This document shows, piece after piece, positions 41,620 through 53,900 of a stretch of 64,000 nucleotides of DNA. Below the pieces are notes generated by a model. The model was not told the DNA's origin. It was given only the letters and a program-made list of their open reading frames with translations, and ran no database searches. The position numbers and the translations under genes were made by a program. This DNA is from Acidobacteriota bacterium (GTDB lineage Bacteria > Acidobacteriota > Vicinamibacteria > JAXLQT01). The number at the start of each line of letters is the position of its first letter. Within the stretch, counting starts at the first letter, position 1. The stretch lies in NCBI GenBank assembly GCA_046331505.1, contig JAXLQT010000008.1, forward strand, positions 150,969-214,968, written 5' to 3'.

Positions 41620-42242
41620 ATGATGAACCGAGCCCTGCTCGCGTCCCTGCTGACCCTTTTCCTGTGTGCCTGCCCGAGCGGCGCGATACGACCCAGCCGG
41701 CGCCCGGCGGCGCGGCACGACCAACTGAGGCCCAAGACCGACGCTTGACGACCCCGGCCGAGGCCCCGAAGACCGAGGCCGCCGCGCCTGCCGAGGCGCC
41801 CAAGATGAGACCGCCGAGGTCCAGAAACCCCTGGGCTACAAGCTCAAAAGCCCGGTTCGCGAAGCTCAAGGCGACGTCCACGATGGAGGTTGCCGGCAAC
41901 AAGACCACGACGACCACCGAGATGAGCAGACGCTCGTCGACATCAACGCGGGACGAAGCCACCATCGAGACGGAGACGACGATCCCCGGCATGCCCGCTC
42001 CCACCAAGGCCACGGCGAAGATCCCCTCGAGCACGGTCACCGGTCAGGTCGATCCCAACGCGCCGAAGCCCAAGGAGGGCGAGGAAGACGTGACGGTGAT
42101 GGGCAAGACTCTTCAAGTGCAAGTGGACGGAGATCGACTCCGAGGCCAACGGCGTCAAGACCCACGTGAAGGCCTGAAGCCGCCCTGGCCCCTGGCGGCG
42201 CGGTCAAGTCGGTCTCGGTCTCGAAGATGGAAGGAACCGTGA
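41620..42242 (+). pseudogene. putative lipoprotein; frame-disrupted
   Basis: GGAAGGAG RBS, ATG 41620. Textbook lipoprotein signal MMNRALLASLLTLFLCACPSG. The downstream product continues only by changing frame. The 3' boundary is ambiguous because of antisense overlap with the AlgJ-like gene. Confidence 0.3.
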
Positions 42243-43417
42243 ACGGCGAGACCACCATGGAGCTGGTCGAGTACGGTGGTAGCTTCTTCGCAGGGCGGCC
42301 TCGTCCCGCCAACGGCGTGTCGACGCCTTGAGGCGGGCTTCGTCCCCGCCATCTCAGTCGGTAGCGCGACGCTCGCCGCGAGCCGCTCGAGGCCTTCCAG
42401 CTCCAGTGCGTGTCGTCCGCGTAGAAGACATCCTTCTCGCCGCCGACATCATCGGCTGCCAGATCTTCCTTGGTGTCGGCGTACGTAGCGGATGGTCGAG
42501 CCCGGCCATCTCCTCGAAGAGCCGCGCCTTCGGGTAAGGGTTGTTCATGATCAGGGGCTCGTAGAGGTCGTACTTGTCGACCGAGAGCATGAAGACGAGC
42601 TTCTTCGCGCCCCGCCCGGCCAGCCGGTCTGCGAGCGGCTTGATCGCCTTGCTCACCGTCTGCACCGAGCCGGGCGTCGCGAGGGCAGCACTTGAGGTCC
42701 TCGTGGAAATAGGGTGTTGAGGAGCCTCCTGTTCCGCTCGGCACGGAGAACATCGGGCGATCGAGCGCTCGCGTGAGCGCAGACCTGCGAGGCGAACGCG
42801 CTGACTGGAGAGACTGCAGGAGAGGAGGTTGGCCAGGAGACCTGAGGTTCCCGCTGTTGATGAACTTCACTGGCGGAGCGGGTTGACGTAGCGCGCCTCC
42901 CTGTAAAACGCCCCTCCACGTCCTCGAGCGGAAGCCTGCGACGGATCGACGGATGGCCGTACAGGGCACGGTGACGCGCTGCCCGGTCTCGAGCCAGACG
43001 ATCCTGGGCTTCACGCGATCGAGGTAGCCGCTGTTGAGCGATCCACAGGGTGTCGAGCGGGGGCTTGTTCTTGTAGAGCTGTTCATCACGCTCGCCCTGA
43101 ACCGCATGCGAGGTAGTCCTGGTAGAAGCGGCGCCCTTCCGCTGCCCAGGATGTGCTGCTGTTGCTCACGCCGACCGTCAGATGTCGATAGCCTTCGCCG
43201 CGCCAGTCGGCGTTCGATGCGCGGAGGTCGTCCCCGTTGTGCCGCGCGGGGGCAGGTCGATCCCCAGATGTACCCGAGCCGCGTCAGGTCGCCTGCGAAG
43301 CCGTGGTGCTCGGTCAGGAGCGTTTCGGTCACGCGCGTCCAGGTCACCCAGTTGACCAGGATGAAGACGCCCAGGAAGGCGAGGAAGGCGTGGAAGAAGA
43401 TCTTGCTCGCGCGTTCC
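42155..43417 (-). pseudogene. AlgJ/AlgX-like (DHHW-family, SGNH-like) O-acetyltransferase partner of MBOAT; many frameshifts
   Basis: ATG 43417 overlaps the MBOAT stop (TGATG). N-terminal TM MERASKIFFHAFLAFLGVFILV. Motifs DRPMFSVPSGTGGSS..YFHED, LVFMLSVDKYDLYEP and VFYADDTHWSWKAS (DTHW) are found in three frames. Confidence 0.45.
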
Positions 43418-43418
43418 A

Positions 43419-44876
43419 TCAGAAGATGAAGTAGAGGAACTCGCGAACGCGGCCGATGCCGGCCAGCCCGCCGATCGCGGCGATCGCGAGAAGGAGCCAC
43501 GTGCGGACCGTGGGCTTGAAGCGCGCCGCCATCTCCATGGAGTTGTCGAGGCAGAGCACGATGACGAGGCCGAGGATCGTCATGAGGATCGTCGACCGCG
43601 TCGTGACCACGTTGCCGAACGTGACTCCGGCGCGCGCGAGCGCGCCGAGCCTGCCCTGCCAGAACTCGGGGAGCATCACCCCGTCGAGGCCGATCATCCC
43701 CCCGAGCACCTTGCGCATGTCCTTCCAGCCGTTCGAGCGGAACGGGATGTGGGAGAGGTTGAAGAAGTTGAACGCGAGAAAGACGTTCACGAGGTAGGGG
43801 ATCGGGATCTTCAGCTTCTGCCACTGGCGCAGGAGCGCGATGCAGACGCCCTGCATCAGTCCCCAGGCGACGTATCCCCAGGCCGCGCCGTGCCAGAGGC
43901 CGCACAGGACGAACGTGATGACGAGGTTGCGGAACGTCATGAGCTCGCTGCCGCGGCTGCCGCCGAGCGGGATGTAGACGTAATCGCGCAGGAAGCGTCC
44001 CAGGGTCATGTGCCAGCGGCGCCAGTAGTCCTGGATGTTGAGCGCCTTGTAGGGGCTGTTGAAGTTGGCGGGGAGCTGGATGTTCACCATCAGGGACGCG
44101 CCCAGCGCCATGTCGGTGTAGCCCGAGAAGTCGAAGTAGACGTAGAGGCAGTAGCTGAGGCTCGTCGTCCAGGCGTCGATGAAGGTCAGGAACTTCGCGA
44201 CGTTGTACCCCTGGTCGGCGTAGTCGACGAAGTAGTCGGCGAGGACGACCTTCTTGAAGAGGCCGATGAAGATGAGGAAGAGACCGACGCAGAGGTTCCG
44301 GTAGCTGCACACCTTCTCCTTGATGGTCTCGAACTGCGGGATGATCTCGCGATGGTGGAGGATGGGGCCCGCGATGATGTGGGGGAAGTAGCTCACGAAG
44401 AGGTAGTAGTCGAGCGTGCTCGCGCGCTTCGCGGTGCCGCGGTAGGCGTCGACGATGTAGGAGATCTGCGTGAAGGTGAAGAAGCTGATCCCCATCGGCA
44501 GCAGCACGTGCGGCCGCGCGATGTGCGTGCGCGCCACGGCGTTGACGTTGTCGACGATGAAGTCGAGGTACTTGAAGTAAGCGAGGAGCGCGAGGTTCAC
44601 GGCGACGCCGGCGCAGAGCAGCGCGTAGCGGCGTCGCGCCTCGGTACCCTTCGCGCCGGAAGTCCGGTGAAACGCGCGGCCGATCGCGTAGTTCAGCGTC
44701 CCGCTGCCGAGGATCACCGGTAGGTAGCGGACGTTCCAGTAGCCGTAGAACACCATCGACGCGAGGAGGAGCCACCCCTTCGCGGCCTCCGACCACCCAC
44801 GCCCGTTCAGGAGATGGAATCCCGCGACCACGATCGGCAGGAAGACGAACAGGAACTCGTAGGAGTTGAGGTGCAC
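43419..44876 (-). CDS. MBOAT-family membrane-bound O-acyltransferase (AlgI/DltB-like)
   Basis: MHLNSYEFLFVFLPIV N-terminus. Conserved His ...LWHGAAWGYV... 485 aa, intact. The track ORF 42037..45117 is a composite. Confidence 0.9.
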   Translation of the reverse strand: MHLNSYEFLFVFLPIVVAGFHLLNGRGWSEAAKGWLLLASMVFYGYWNVRYLPVILGSGTLNYAIGRAFHRTSGAKGTEARRRYALLCAGVAVNLALLAYFKYLDFIVDNVNAVARTHIARPHVLLPMGISFFTFTQISYIVDAYRGTAKRASTLDYYLFVSYFPHIIAGPILHHREIIPQFETIKEKVCSYRNLCVGLFLIFIGLFKKVVLADYFVDYADQGYNVAKFLTFIDAWTTSLSYCLYVYFDFSGYTDMALGASLMVNIQLPANFNSPYKALNIQDYWRRWHMTLGRFLRDYVYIPLGGSRGSELMTFRNLVITFVLCGLWHGAAWGYVAWGLMQGVCIALLRQWQKLKIPIPYLVNVFLAFNFFNLSHIPFRSNGWKDMRKVLGGMIGLDGVMLPEFWQGRLGALARAGVTFGNVVTTRSTILMTILGLVIVLCLDNSMEMAARFKPTVRTWLLLAIAAIGGLAGIGRVREFLYFIF

Positions 44877-45032
44877 GCGCGGCGGCCTGGGCGCGGCACG
44901 TTATGCCAAGCCGGCACGGATCGCGAAGGCTGCCGGGCACGGTCGTGTCCTCTTCCGAGGCAGCCGGTGTCACTCCCAGGCGACGTTGGCGATGCCGAGG
45001 AGGTGAGCGGTCCCGTAGCGCCGTGAGGCACA

Positions 45033-47060
45033 TTGCGTGCATGTCGCGCAAGCGATGGTCGCAGGGCCCATCAGGAGTACGTGCCGTCTTGCTATCGCGC
45101 CTTGCCGGTCCATCCAAGCGGCGGGGTTGCGGAGCTGTCGATCGTCCTCGCGCGCGGTGCCGAGCTCTCCGGGACCGTCATCGATGGCGATGGCAATCCG
45201 GTTGCCGGTGCGCGCGTATCGGACTCTCTGTCCGGTTTCTTGTGCGACCTCTGTCGCCGGTGCGCCAGGACCGGAACGGACGGCTCGTTCCACCTGGCCG
45301 GACTTCGGCCGGGCGAGGTCCACATCGAGGTCGAAGCAAGAGGCTACGAGCCGCGTGAGCGCGCGATCATCGAAAGCGAGCGCTCCGCGATCACGATCGC
45401 CCTCGCGAGGGCACTCACGGGCAACGACGACGTGAAGTCCATGAGGACCGGGCAGCTCGAAGGCGCTGTCGTCGACGATCGGACTTCTCAGCCGATCGTC
45501 GGTGCGGACGTCGACGTCTCTGGTCTGCTCGCCTCCGGTGGTCTCGACTCGGCGGTCGGCCACGCTGTTCATTGCGACAACGGCCGCTTCTCGTTCTTGC
45601 TTGTGCCGGGGCTGTACGAGCTCGCCGCCTCGGCACCCGGCTACGAGGTGCGAAGAATCACCGACCTTGTTGTCGGAGAAGGCAGCGCGATCGTTCGGGA
45701 GGTCCGGCTCGATCCGACGCGGCGTCTCCGTGGGGTCGCGCGCGATGCGGCGGGGCGCCCCGTTGCGGGCGCAAGGGTCGAGACGCGTGGCACCGCGGAG
45801 GTGATGCCGGTGGTGTTTGGGTGGCACATGACCACGGTTTCGATCTGCGGTCTGGCAGGAGTCGTCGCTTACAGCGATGGCGGTGGTCGCTTCGATCTCC
45901 CCGCCGCACGGCCGCCGTATCTCGAGGTGACGCACCCGGACTTCGCTCCGCTGCTCTTGACCGAGCCGATGGCGGGGCGTCGGCAAGATGCGTTGCTCGG
46001 GTTGACTCTGCGTGCGGGCAGTACCGTCCGAGGAGTGGTCACCGAAGATGGAGCTCCGGTCCAGGATGCGCGCGTGTCGCTTGCAGGAGAGTCCCAGCGT
46101 ACGGAAGCCGACGGTAGCTTCGAGTTCGTCCACGTGCCGGCCGGAGAGCTCCCGCTGGAGGTTCTCCACCGCCGCGACCGCGGCGGCGATTCGCCGCTCC
46201 GGGATCCTTGCTGGGCTCGTGGGAGTGGCACCTACCTGAGACGGGAGAGCGTGGCGTCGGTCGATGGCGCGATCACCGACGTCCCGGTCGAGCTGCGGGA
46301 GGGCACGCTGCTTCGAGGGCGTCTGATCTGCGACGGCGCCGGGTCACCGCACGTCGACGTGCGCATCGGCGACCTCGTTCACGTCGAGACCGACGACGAG
46401 GGACGATTCGAGGTGCCGTGGGTGCCGCCTGGGCTGCTGGAGGTTGACGACGAGACGATCCTCGTCCCTGACGAGGCGACCTTCGATGTCACGCTCGGGT
46501 GTGCGCGCGATGCCGAGCCGACGCGCGAGCGCGATGCCGCACGGGACCCGATGCCGTCCGTATCCCTGGCCGGCAGCGTCGTGACGCCGGACGGTGGTCC
46601 GGCAGAGTATGCGAGCGTACTCGCCTGGCGGCACGGTCGCATCGAGAGCTGGGCCACCACCGACGCCCACGGCCGATACTCTCTCGGCGATCTCGAGCCG
46701 GGTACCTACGATCTGTTCGCCAGGGAGGTCTCGGCGTGCGGATCGCGCAGCGGGGTCGTCGTCGACGCGAGCGGCACGCTCCCGATCATCACTCTCGAGA
46801 AATCGGCCGTGCTGGAGGTCTTCGTGCGTAGGGATCGCCCCGCGGTCGGAGCCACCGTGACGGCAGAGCCAGTCGAGCCACTCTGGCCAGGCCACGGGTG
46901 CGACGATCGTCCCCACCCGACCGACACTCAGGGCCTCGTGCGTCTCGACTACCTTCCGCCGGGCCTCGTCCGGCTCACGATCGAGCACGCAGGATCGGTG
47001 AAGCAGATCGAGCTCTCGCTTCGAGCAGGCGAACGGAGACGTCTCGAGGTCCGGATCTGA
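45033..47060 (+). CDS. carboxypeptidase-regulatory-like domain repeat protein (at least 6 repeats), probably 5'-truncated or mis-started
   Basis: Repeats such as GTVIDGDGNPVAGARVS, GVARDAAGRPVAGARVET and TDAHGRYSLGDLEPGTYDLFA. No signal peptide at the track start. The first repeat begins mid-domain. Confidence 0.55.
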   Translation: MRACRASDGRRAHQEYVPSCYRALPVHPSGGVAELSIVLARGAELSGTVIDGDGNPVAGARVSDSLSGFLCDLCRRCARTGTDGSFHLAGLRPGEVHIEVEARGYEPRERAIIESERSAITIALARALTGNDDVKSMRTGQLEGAVVDDRTSQPIVGADVDVSGLLASGGLDSAVGHAVHCDNGRFSFLLVPGLYELAASAPGYEVRRITDLVVGEGSAIVREVRLDPTRRLRGVARDAAGRPVAGARVETRGTAEVMPVVFGWHMTTVSICGLAGVVAYSDGGGRFDLPAARPPYLEVTHPDFAPLLLTEPMAGRRQDALLGLTLRAGSTVRGVVTEDGAPVQDARVSLAGESQRTEADGSFEFVHVPAGELPLEVLHRRDRGGDSPLRDPCWARGSGTYLRRESVASVDGAITDVPVELREGTLLRGRLICDGAGSPHVDVRIGDLVHVETDDEGRFEVPWVPPGLLEVDDETILVPDEATFDVTLGCARDAEPTRERDAARDPMPSVSLAGSVVTPDGGPAEYASVLAWRHGRIESWATTDAHGRYSLGDLEPGTYDLFAREVSACGSRSGVVVDASGTLPIITLEKSAVLEVFVRRDRPAVGATVTAEPVEPLWPGHGCDDRPHPTDTQGLVRLDYLPPGLVRLTIEHAGSVKQIELSLRAGERRRLEVRI

Positions 47061-47380
47061 CGTGACCCAGTGCCTGAGGCATCCGCCGCAGAGCGAACCG
47101 ACGCGCTCGAGCGACGGGATGGGATCGCTTCGCCGAGTCGAGAGGTCGAAGTAGGGGCTCGGGTGTGCGGACGGCGGCGAGGCGCACGGGATCGCCGCGG
47201 ATGTCGGCGACGAGGCGGCCGGCCGTCGCATTGCCGGCGTCGAGCTCCAGGAATCGCGCGGCTAGCGATGGTCGCGATCGTCGCGAGAACACCACGCGCG
47301 GCGGCGGCCTGAAAGGCAGGCGTCGCGGCGATCGATGCGACGCCGGCGCACATCGCGGTCGCGTACCATCGCTCTTCGTG

Positions 47381-50300
47381 GTGGACCGCAGGCGTCAGAT
47401 CGGGCCCTACCGCGTGCTGAGACCGCTGGGGCAGGGAGGGATGGGGATCGTCTACGAGGCGTTCGACGTGCGGAGCGCGGCGCGCGTGGCGCTGAAGGTG
47501 GTGCGCGTCGGAGACGGGGCGACGGTCGGATCGATCCGGCGTGAGATCGCGGCGCTCGCGACGCTTCGCCATCCGGGCATCGTGCGCATCGTCGACCAGG
47601 GGCTCGTGGATGGTCTGCCCTGGTACGCGATGGAGCTCCAGCGCGGGACGACGCTCGCCGATCACGTCGTGGGCTTGATGAGCGGGGACGTGCCCTCGCG
47701 GCCCTCGGACGGGTCGGACGCCACCGAGCAGCTGAGCGGCGCGGACGCATGGCTCGGGGGCGGGCAGGCTCCCGGCGACGTCGTCCCGGGCCCCAAGCCC
47801 GAGGCCGCGGGCGGGGCGCTCGTCGCCGTGCTGACGCTCCTCTCGAGGCTCTGCGCGCCAATCGGCTACCTGCACGGCGAGGGTCTGGTTCACAGGGATC
47901 TCAAGCCGTCGAACGTCGTCGTGAGACCGGATGGGACGCCGATCGTGATCGACTTCGGGATCGCGGGTGCCGGAGGAGGCGCGCGCGAGGTGCTCGACGT
48001 GGACGCGCCGGTCGTGGGGACGGCCGCCTACATGGCGCCCGAGCAGGTACGCGGCGACCCGCCCGACGCGCGGGCGGATCTCTACGCCTTCGGGTGCATT
48101 GCCTACGAGCTCGTCACGGGCCGGACGCCGTTCCGGGGTGAGAGCGACGCCTCCATCCTCCACCAGAAGCTCCAGGGAGCTCCGGAGGCGCCGTCGTCGC
48201 TTGCGACGGGCGTGCCGCCCGGGCTCGATGCCCTCATCCTCTCGCTTCTCGCGGGCGATCCGCGCGATCGCCCCGGCTACGCGGACGACGTCGCGCGGGA
48301 GCTCAAGGGGCTCGGCGCGGGGGACCTGACCTACCAGGCCGTGCGGGCCCGCCCCCACGTCTACCGACCCTCGCTCCACGGCCGCGCCGCGGATGGCGTT
48401 GCAGCCCGACGCCCGCATCCCGGCGCGCTGCGGGACGGTCGTGGAGCATGGTCGTCTCCGAGGGCGAGAGCGGCCTCGGCAAGACGCGTCGCGATGGAGG
48501 CGGCGCGCGCGGCCGCTCAGGGGATCCTCGTGTCGCGGGATCCTGATCGCGATGGCGCGTCGCCGCTCGGCGGGGTCTCCGAGGCGCCATCGGCTCGGTC
48601 CGTGGAGCGGTGCCGGAACAGCGACGACGCCGATCGTTTCCCGGACGGCGCGGCAAGATCCGGCGGCCGTCGATCCGGCGCTTCGCGATCTCCCCGGACA
48701 GTCCCGGCACGCATCCGCCGGAGCTGCCGGAGGCCGGGAAGCAGCGCGTCCTCGCTGCGCTCTGGGACACGTTCGTCGCGCTCGGGCAACCGGTCCTTGG
48801 TGATCGACGAGACGCCCAGGGCGGACCCGCTGACGGCCGACGCCCTCAACTACCTCGAGCGCGTCCGGGAGCACTGCTCGCCAAGGGCTCTGCTCTTCGT
48901 GTTGACGATGCGTCCAGACGGCTCCGGAACCGCTCCTCGCCTTCCCGGCGGCCGGGGTGAGGAGGCTCGCCCTCGAAAGCGCGGCCGACGACGACATCGG
49001 AGACGTCGCGGCAAGGAGATGCTGGCGCTTCCGCGCGCGTCGGGACCCAGAAGTGGGTGTCCTCCTGCTCGACGATCGGCGGGCATCTGTTCTTCGCGGC
49101 GAGTACGTGCGGGCGGCCCTGGCGCTGGCGCACCTTCACCAGATGCGGACGGTCACTGGCAGGCTGGCGCCGGGGATGATGTCGCGGCGAATTGAGGAGC
49201 ATTGCCCGAGCCCGCCGGTGCTGTGGAGATCGAGGGCCTCCTCGCCCGGAGGCTCCATGCCCTCTCGCCGTCCAGCCGCCGTCGCCGGCGCGCATCCTCC
49301 AGTCCTGCCGCGAGGTCGACCCGTCCATCGTCGCCCGCGATGGAGGCGGACGACCTTCTCCACCAGGAGGGGCGGAGCTGTGCGCTCGCGGGGTGATGGA
49401 GGAGTGCCGGGGCGGTCTCCATCGCCTGGAGGAGCGCCTCGTCGGGCTCGCGTATGCGGCGCTCGATCCAACGCTGCGGCGCGCGCATCACCGTCGCGCC
49501 GCCGAGGCGATCGTGGCATCGCGGCCTGGGACGGTGGAGCTGGGACGGCAGGAGGGGTGCGGAGAACGCGCCCGCGCCGGAGCTGCTACCTCGAGGCGGC
49601 GTAGTACGCCCGCTCGCGCTACTCGCTCGCGGAGTCGGCGCGGCTCCTTCGGCTGCGTATTCGACATTCCGCCTTCGGCGGAGGCGCGCTTCCAGCCATG
49701 CTGACGCGGCCGGCGCGCGCATCGGAGGAGCTCGGATACGGGGTCCTCTCGACGCTCAAGAGCTCGCGGAGGCCGAGGAGCAGTGCCTGCGGGCGTGCCG
49801 CCGACGCGGCCTCGATGCGCGGGGAGGCGCCGCGCGCCGAGGACTCGAGCTCGAGGGCCGTGCGCTTGGCGCGCTCGGGACCGTCGTGTCGACCACGGGA
49901 CGCTCCCGGCGAGGCGCGGGACCTCATGGAGCGTGCTCGGCGTTCTCTCGTCCACGTTCGAGCGCGACCGCGCTGCGCGTCCACGTCGACCTCGGTGTCC
50001 AGTCCTGCAGTCTCTCGATGGCGGAGCTTGCTCGCGAGAGTACGCACGCGTTGACGCTCGCCGAGCACCTGGGCGATCGCGCGACCGAGGGTCGCATCTT
50101 CGCCAACCTCGGCACGAGCAGAACCAGGGGCGCGTCGATCGCGCGGCCTTCGCCTTCGAGCGGGCATCGAGATCCACCGCGAGATGGGCAGCGGCGGCCT
50201 CGGCCTACGCGCTCGGATCTCGGTGCGCTGCACGCCAGCCAGGGCGCCTTGACGATGCACGCCGTCTCTACGAGGGACGCTGTCGGGACGTTCCGGGACG

Positions 50301-50935
50301 TCGGCGATCTCGGCGAGGGCCGTTCTCCTCAACTCGGTAACCTCTGCTGGCACCTCGGGGTGATCGGCGCTGCGACGGAGATCACGAGCGTGCCCTGCGC
50401 GATCATGCGCCGCAGGACGATCGACGGTGCGAGTGGCTGGCCGTCGGCAATCTCGCGTCTGGACGTCTGGACGAGGGGCGCGTGGACGAGGCGTGGAGAT
50501 GTTCGACGAAGCTCTCCGCCTCGCTCGCGAGATCGCGACCGCCGCTTCAAGGCATCTGGCCGCGACCTCGCGGGGTGCTGCTGCTCGCAGGTGATGTGGA
50601 GGCCGCGTCGGATCTCGCGGGCGCGGCGATGCGCGTCCTCGAGGAGATCGAGGAGCCGCTTCGTCGGTCTCACGGCCTGCGTGCGCGGCGAGATCGCGCT
50701 CGAGCGGGGCCAGGACGCGCGCGATCATGCGGGAACGGCACGGGCGATCGCCGCGCGTATCGGAGCGGACCCGGAAGCGGGCTCGGCTCCAGCATCTCCC
50801 GACTCGAGCGCGCGATCGAGGCGTGCGCGCGGCGAGAGGATCGTGCGGGGCGCGCCTGCTGTCGATCATCTGCAAAGGGCCGTGCTGGCGGCTCTCCACA
50901 CACCATCGCGGCGCCGAGGGGGCGGCGCCAAGTGA
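47381..50935 (+). pseudogene. Ser/Thr protein kinase fused to AAA-ATPase and TPR region (PknK-like architecture); many frameshifts
   Basis: GTG 47378/47381. Intact kinase domain (GQGGMGIVYEA, HRDLKPSNVVV, DFGIA, AYMAPE). Downstream, the Walker A SEGESGLGKTR and the TPR-like segments are scattered across all three frames up to TGA 50933-35. Confidence 0.5.
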
Positions 50936-53900
50936 CGGCGAGCGCATCGCCAGGGTCGGTCCGTATCGCATCCTTCGCGCGGCGGCCGCGGCGGCATGGG
51001 AGTCGTCTGGCGCGATGCATCGCGGATAGACGCGCGTCGCGCGGCGCCTGGGCGTCGCGGTAGACGACGCCGTTACGGTGCGGCGCCATCCGCGCCAGAT
51101 CGCGACGTCGTCGGCTCTCCCATCCCGATCGTCCGCGGGTCGATCAGGACTGTTCGAGGAGATGCCGTGTACGTGATGGAGCTCGCCGAAGGGACGACGC
51201 TGTCGGACTACGTCGATGCCTTCGGTTGCGAGCCGAGCCCGACGGCGAAGGGCCGACGCGACGGAGCGGCTCGCCCGACCGATGCCACGCGCGCTGATCG
51301 GCGCCGGCGGACGGCGTGGGGACGCCGCGCGCGACCTGGCGGCCGCGGGAGGAGCTCTCCGCTGCCGTGCTCACCTTGATCCGACGTCTCTGCGTTCCCT
51401 TGCGATACCTTCACGGCGAGGGGTTCGTCCACCGGGACCTGGAACCGTCCAACGTCATGGTCACGGCGGACGGTACGCTCGACCCGGGATCGACTTCGGG
51501 ATCTCGGCGCCTGCATGGAGACGCGCGGGAGATCCACGTCGGCCGTCGGTCACGGGGACGCTGGCCTACATGGCGCTGGAGCAGGCGCGCGAGACCTCGT
51601 GACGCGGGCGGACTACGCGCTCGGGTACTCGCCTACGAGCTTCATCGCCGAGGCTGCCAGTTCCTCGGCGATGCACCGATCGCGGTGCTGCACCAGCACC
51701 AGGCCGTGAGAGCCTGCGCCGCCCTCCGCGCTCGTGGACGGCGTGCCCCCGGCTCTGGACGCGCTCGTGCTGTCGCTTCTCTCGAAGGAGCCGCGCGATC
51801 GCCCCGCCTACGCCGACGACGGCGCGCGCTCTCGGGCGGCTCGACGCGGCGGACGTCGGCTACGACGCTCCGCGGCCACGGGCGTACGTCTACCGTCCGG
51901 CGCCTGCGGGTTGGACGATGCCCTGCGCAGAGCTCCGTGTGGTGCCGTCGCGCGGCTCGAAGCTCCGCGCCGGGGCAACGCCCTGCTCGCGTCGGAGATG
52001 GCATGGGCAAGACGCGCGTCGCGATGGAGCCCTGCGAGCGGCGCCGGTGATGCGAGGATCGCCGTACTCGTGGCGCGTTGCGATCGCGGCACCTCGGAGC
52101 TCCTGGCGCCGTTCCGGGCTGGTCTCGACGTACTCGCGGAGCGAATTCAGGAACGAGGTGGCGGAGTCGATCGTTTGCCCGGGAGCCGCGCGAAGGTCCT
52201 CGCAGCCTACGCACCCTCGCCGCGATCCTCCTGGGCATCGGCCGGCACGCGGATCCGGAGGAGCTTCCGGAGCGGCCGGAAGGAGCGCGCCGTGCGGATA
52301 GCTCGCGAGACGATCGCGGCGCTGGCGCGCGAAACGCTGGTGCTCTTGATCGTGGAGGACGCGCAGTGGGCGGATGCGCTCATCATGTCGGGCGATCGAG
52401 CACTCCGGCGGCTCGAGCATGGATCCGGCGCCGATCCTCGATCCTGACGTACCGCGAGGACGAGGCGCCGTCGGCTCCGCGCGCTGGCCCGGGGCGGCGG
52501 GGTGAGCGCGGTGAGGTTCGGCGCCGCTCACGGAGGACGAGGTGGTGCTTCCGTGGGGGAGATGCTCGGGCTCGCGAGGTCGCCGGCGCTTGGGGTCCTC
52601 GGCGGAAGCGTATTCGAGAACTCCGTTCTTCCTCGGCGGCATGCGCGCGGCGATCGATCGGGGCGTCCTGACGCGTGACGACGCCGGTCGCTACTGGATC
52701 GGCGCCGGCGAGGCCGTCACCGAAGCGGCCCTCGCCGCTCTACGGTGCCCCGCGCGATCGAAGATCTCGTCGCGTCGCGCCTCGATGGGCTCGGAGGATG
52801 CGTCGAACCTCTGCGGCATCGCGTCGGCCTCGGCCGCGATTGCAGATGCCGAATTCTCGCAGCCGTGGTCTCGACTGGAACGATCTCCTCGGTGCCTGGG
52901 CAGAGCTCTGCGCCCGGAGGGTCGTCGAGGAATCGGGGCGCGACGGATTCCGCCTTCGTCCACGGGCGGCTGCGAGACGTTGCGTACGAGCGGCTTGGTC
53001 CTGGCGCGGATCGATCTCGGCATCGCGGAATGCGGCAGCCATGGCCGCGGGCGGGGCGCGCCGCGTCCTGACCACGAAGGAGCTTGGCCGCCACTGGGAG
53101 GGAGCGGGCGAAGGAAGTGTCGCGCCGCGCGCCAATTTCCACGAGGCCGTGGACGGGTCTCCGTGGCGCGGTACGCGCGGGCGGGAGCGGAGGCCACTAC
53201 TGCGCGGCCATCGCTTCCGAGGACGACGCGCGCGAGCGTGCGACCATGCGCCTCGAGCTGGCCGGCGAGGCGTTGCTCCGCCGCGGCGCCCTCAGGAGGC
53301 GGAGGGCGAGGCGGCGGCGGCGCTTTCGAAGCCACGGGGCTTGGCGATCCCCTGCTCCACGCGCAAGCGCAGCCGGAGTCGCTCGGTTCCGCGGTGATGG
53401 AGCTCGGGAGGATCGACGAGGCGCGCCATCACTTCGAGGCGTCCCTGCACCTCCTTCGCTTCATCCGGCTCCCGAAGCGTCGATCGCGGGCGCGCGAGGC
53501 GCCTCGCGGACGCCCTCGACCTCCTGGGAGAGGTGGCCGCGGCGCGAGCGCACTTCGAGGCCGGCGGCCCGCGCCTGCGAGGCGACGCGGTTTCGCGCAG
53601 CGACGTGCCTGGGTCCCCGGCAGCGAGAGCAGGACGCGGCAGGTCGACACTCGACGCCAGCGCTACGAACAGGCGCTCGCCATGGACCGGTCGCGCGGCG
53701 CGCGCCGGGCCGAGGCCGCGGCTGGACCAACATTGGCAACCTCGAGACGACGCAGGGCAACCTCGGGCGCTGGGCTGCGAGCTTCTCGAGCGGGCAGCAT
53801 CGATCCCTCCGGGAAGATCGTGATCCGCGGACGGAAGGCATCGCCCAGAACCTCGGTGCACGCCAATGCGGAGCGGGGCGATGTGGCCGCCGAGCGCGAT

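Noticed and set aside
43419-44876. Possible horizontal acquisition of MBOAT because of visibly lower GC
   Set aside because: The lower GC is explained by the amino-acid composition of a polytopic membrane protein (F/Y/I/L/N/K-rich). Third-position GC remains high. The same applies to 29783..30598 and 36940..37626.
42037-45117. 1026-aa minus-strand ORF
   Set aside because: Only 43419..44876 (MBOAT) is a clean gene. The upstream 240 nt and the downstream 1.4 kb are, respectively, non-coding-looking and pieces of a frameshifted AlgJ-like gene.
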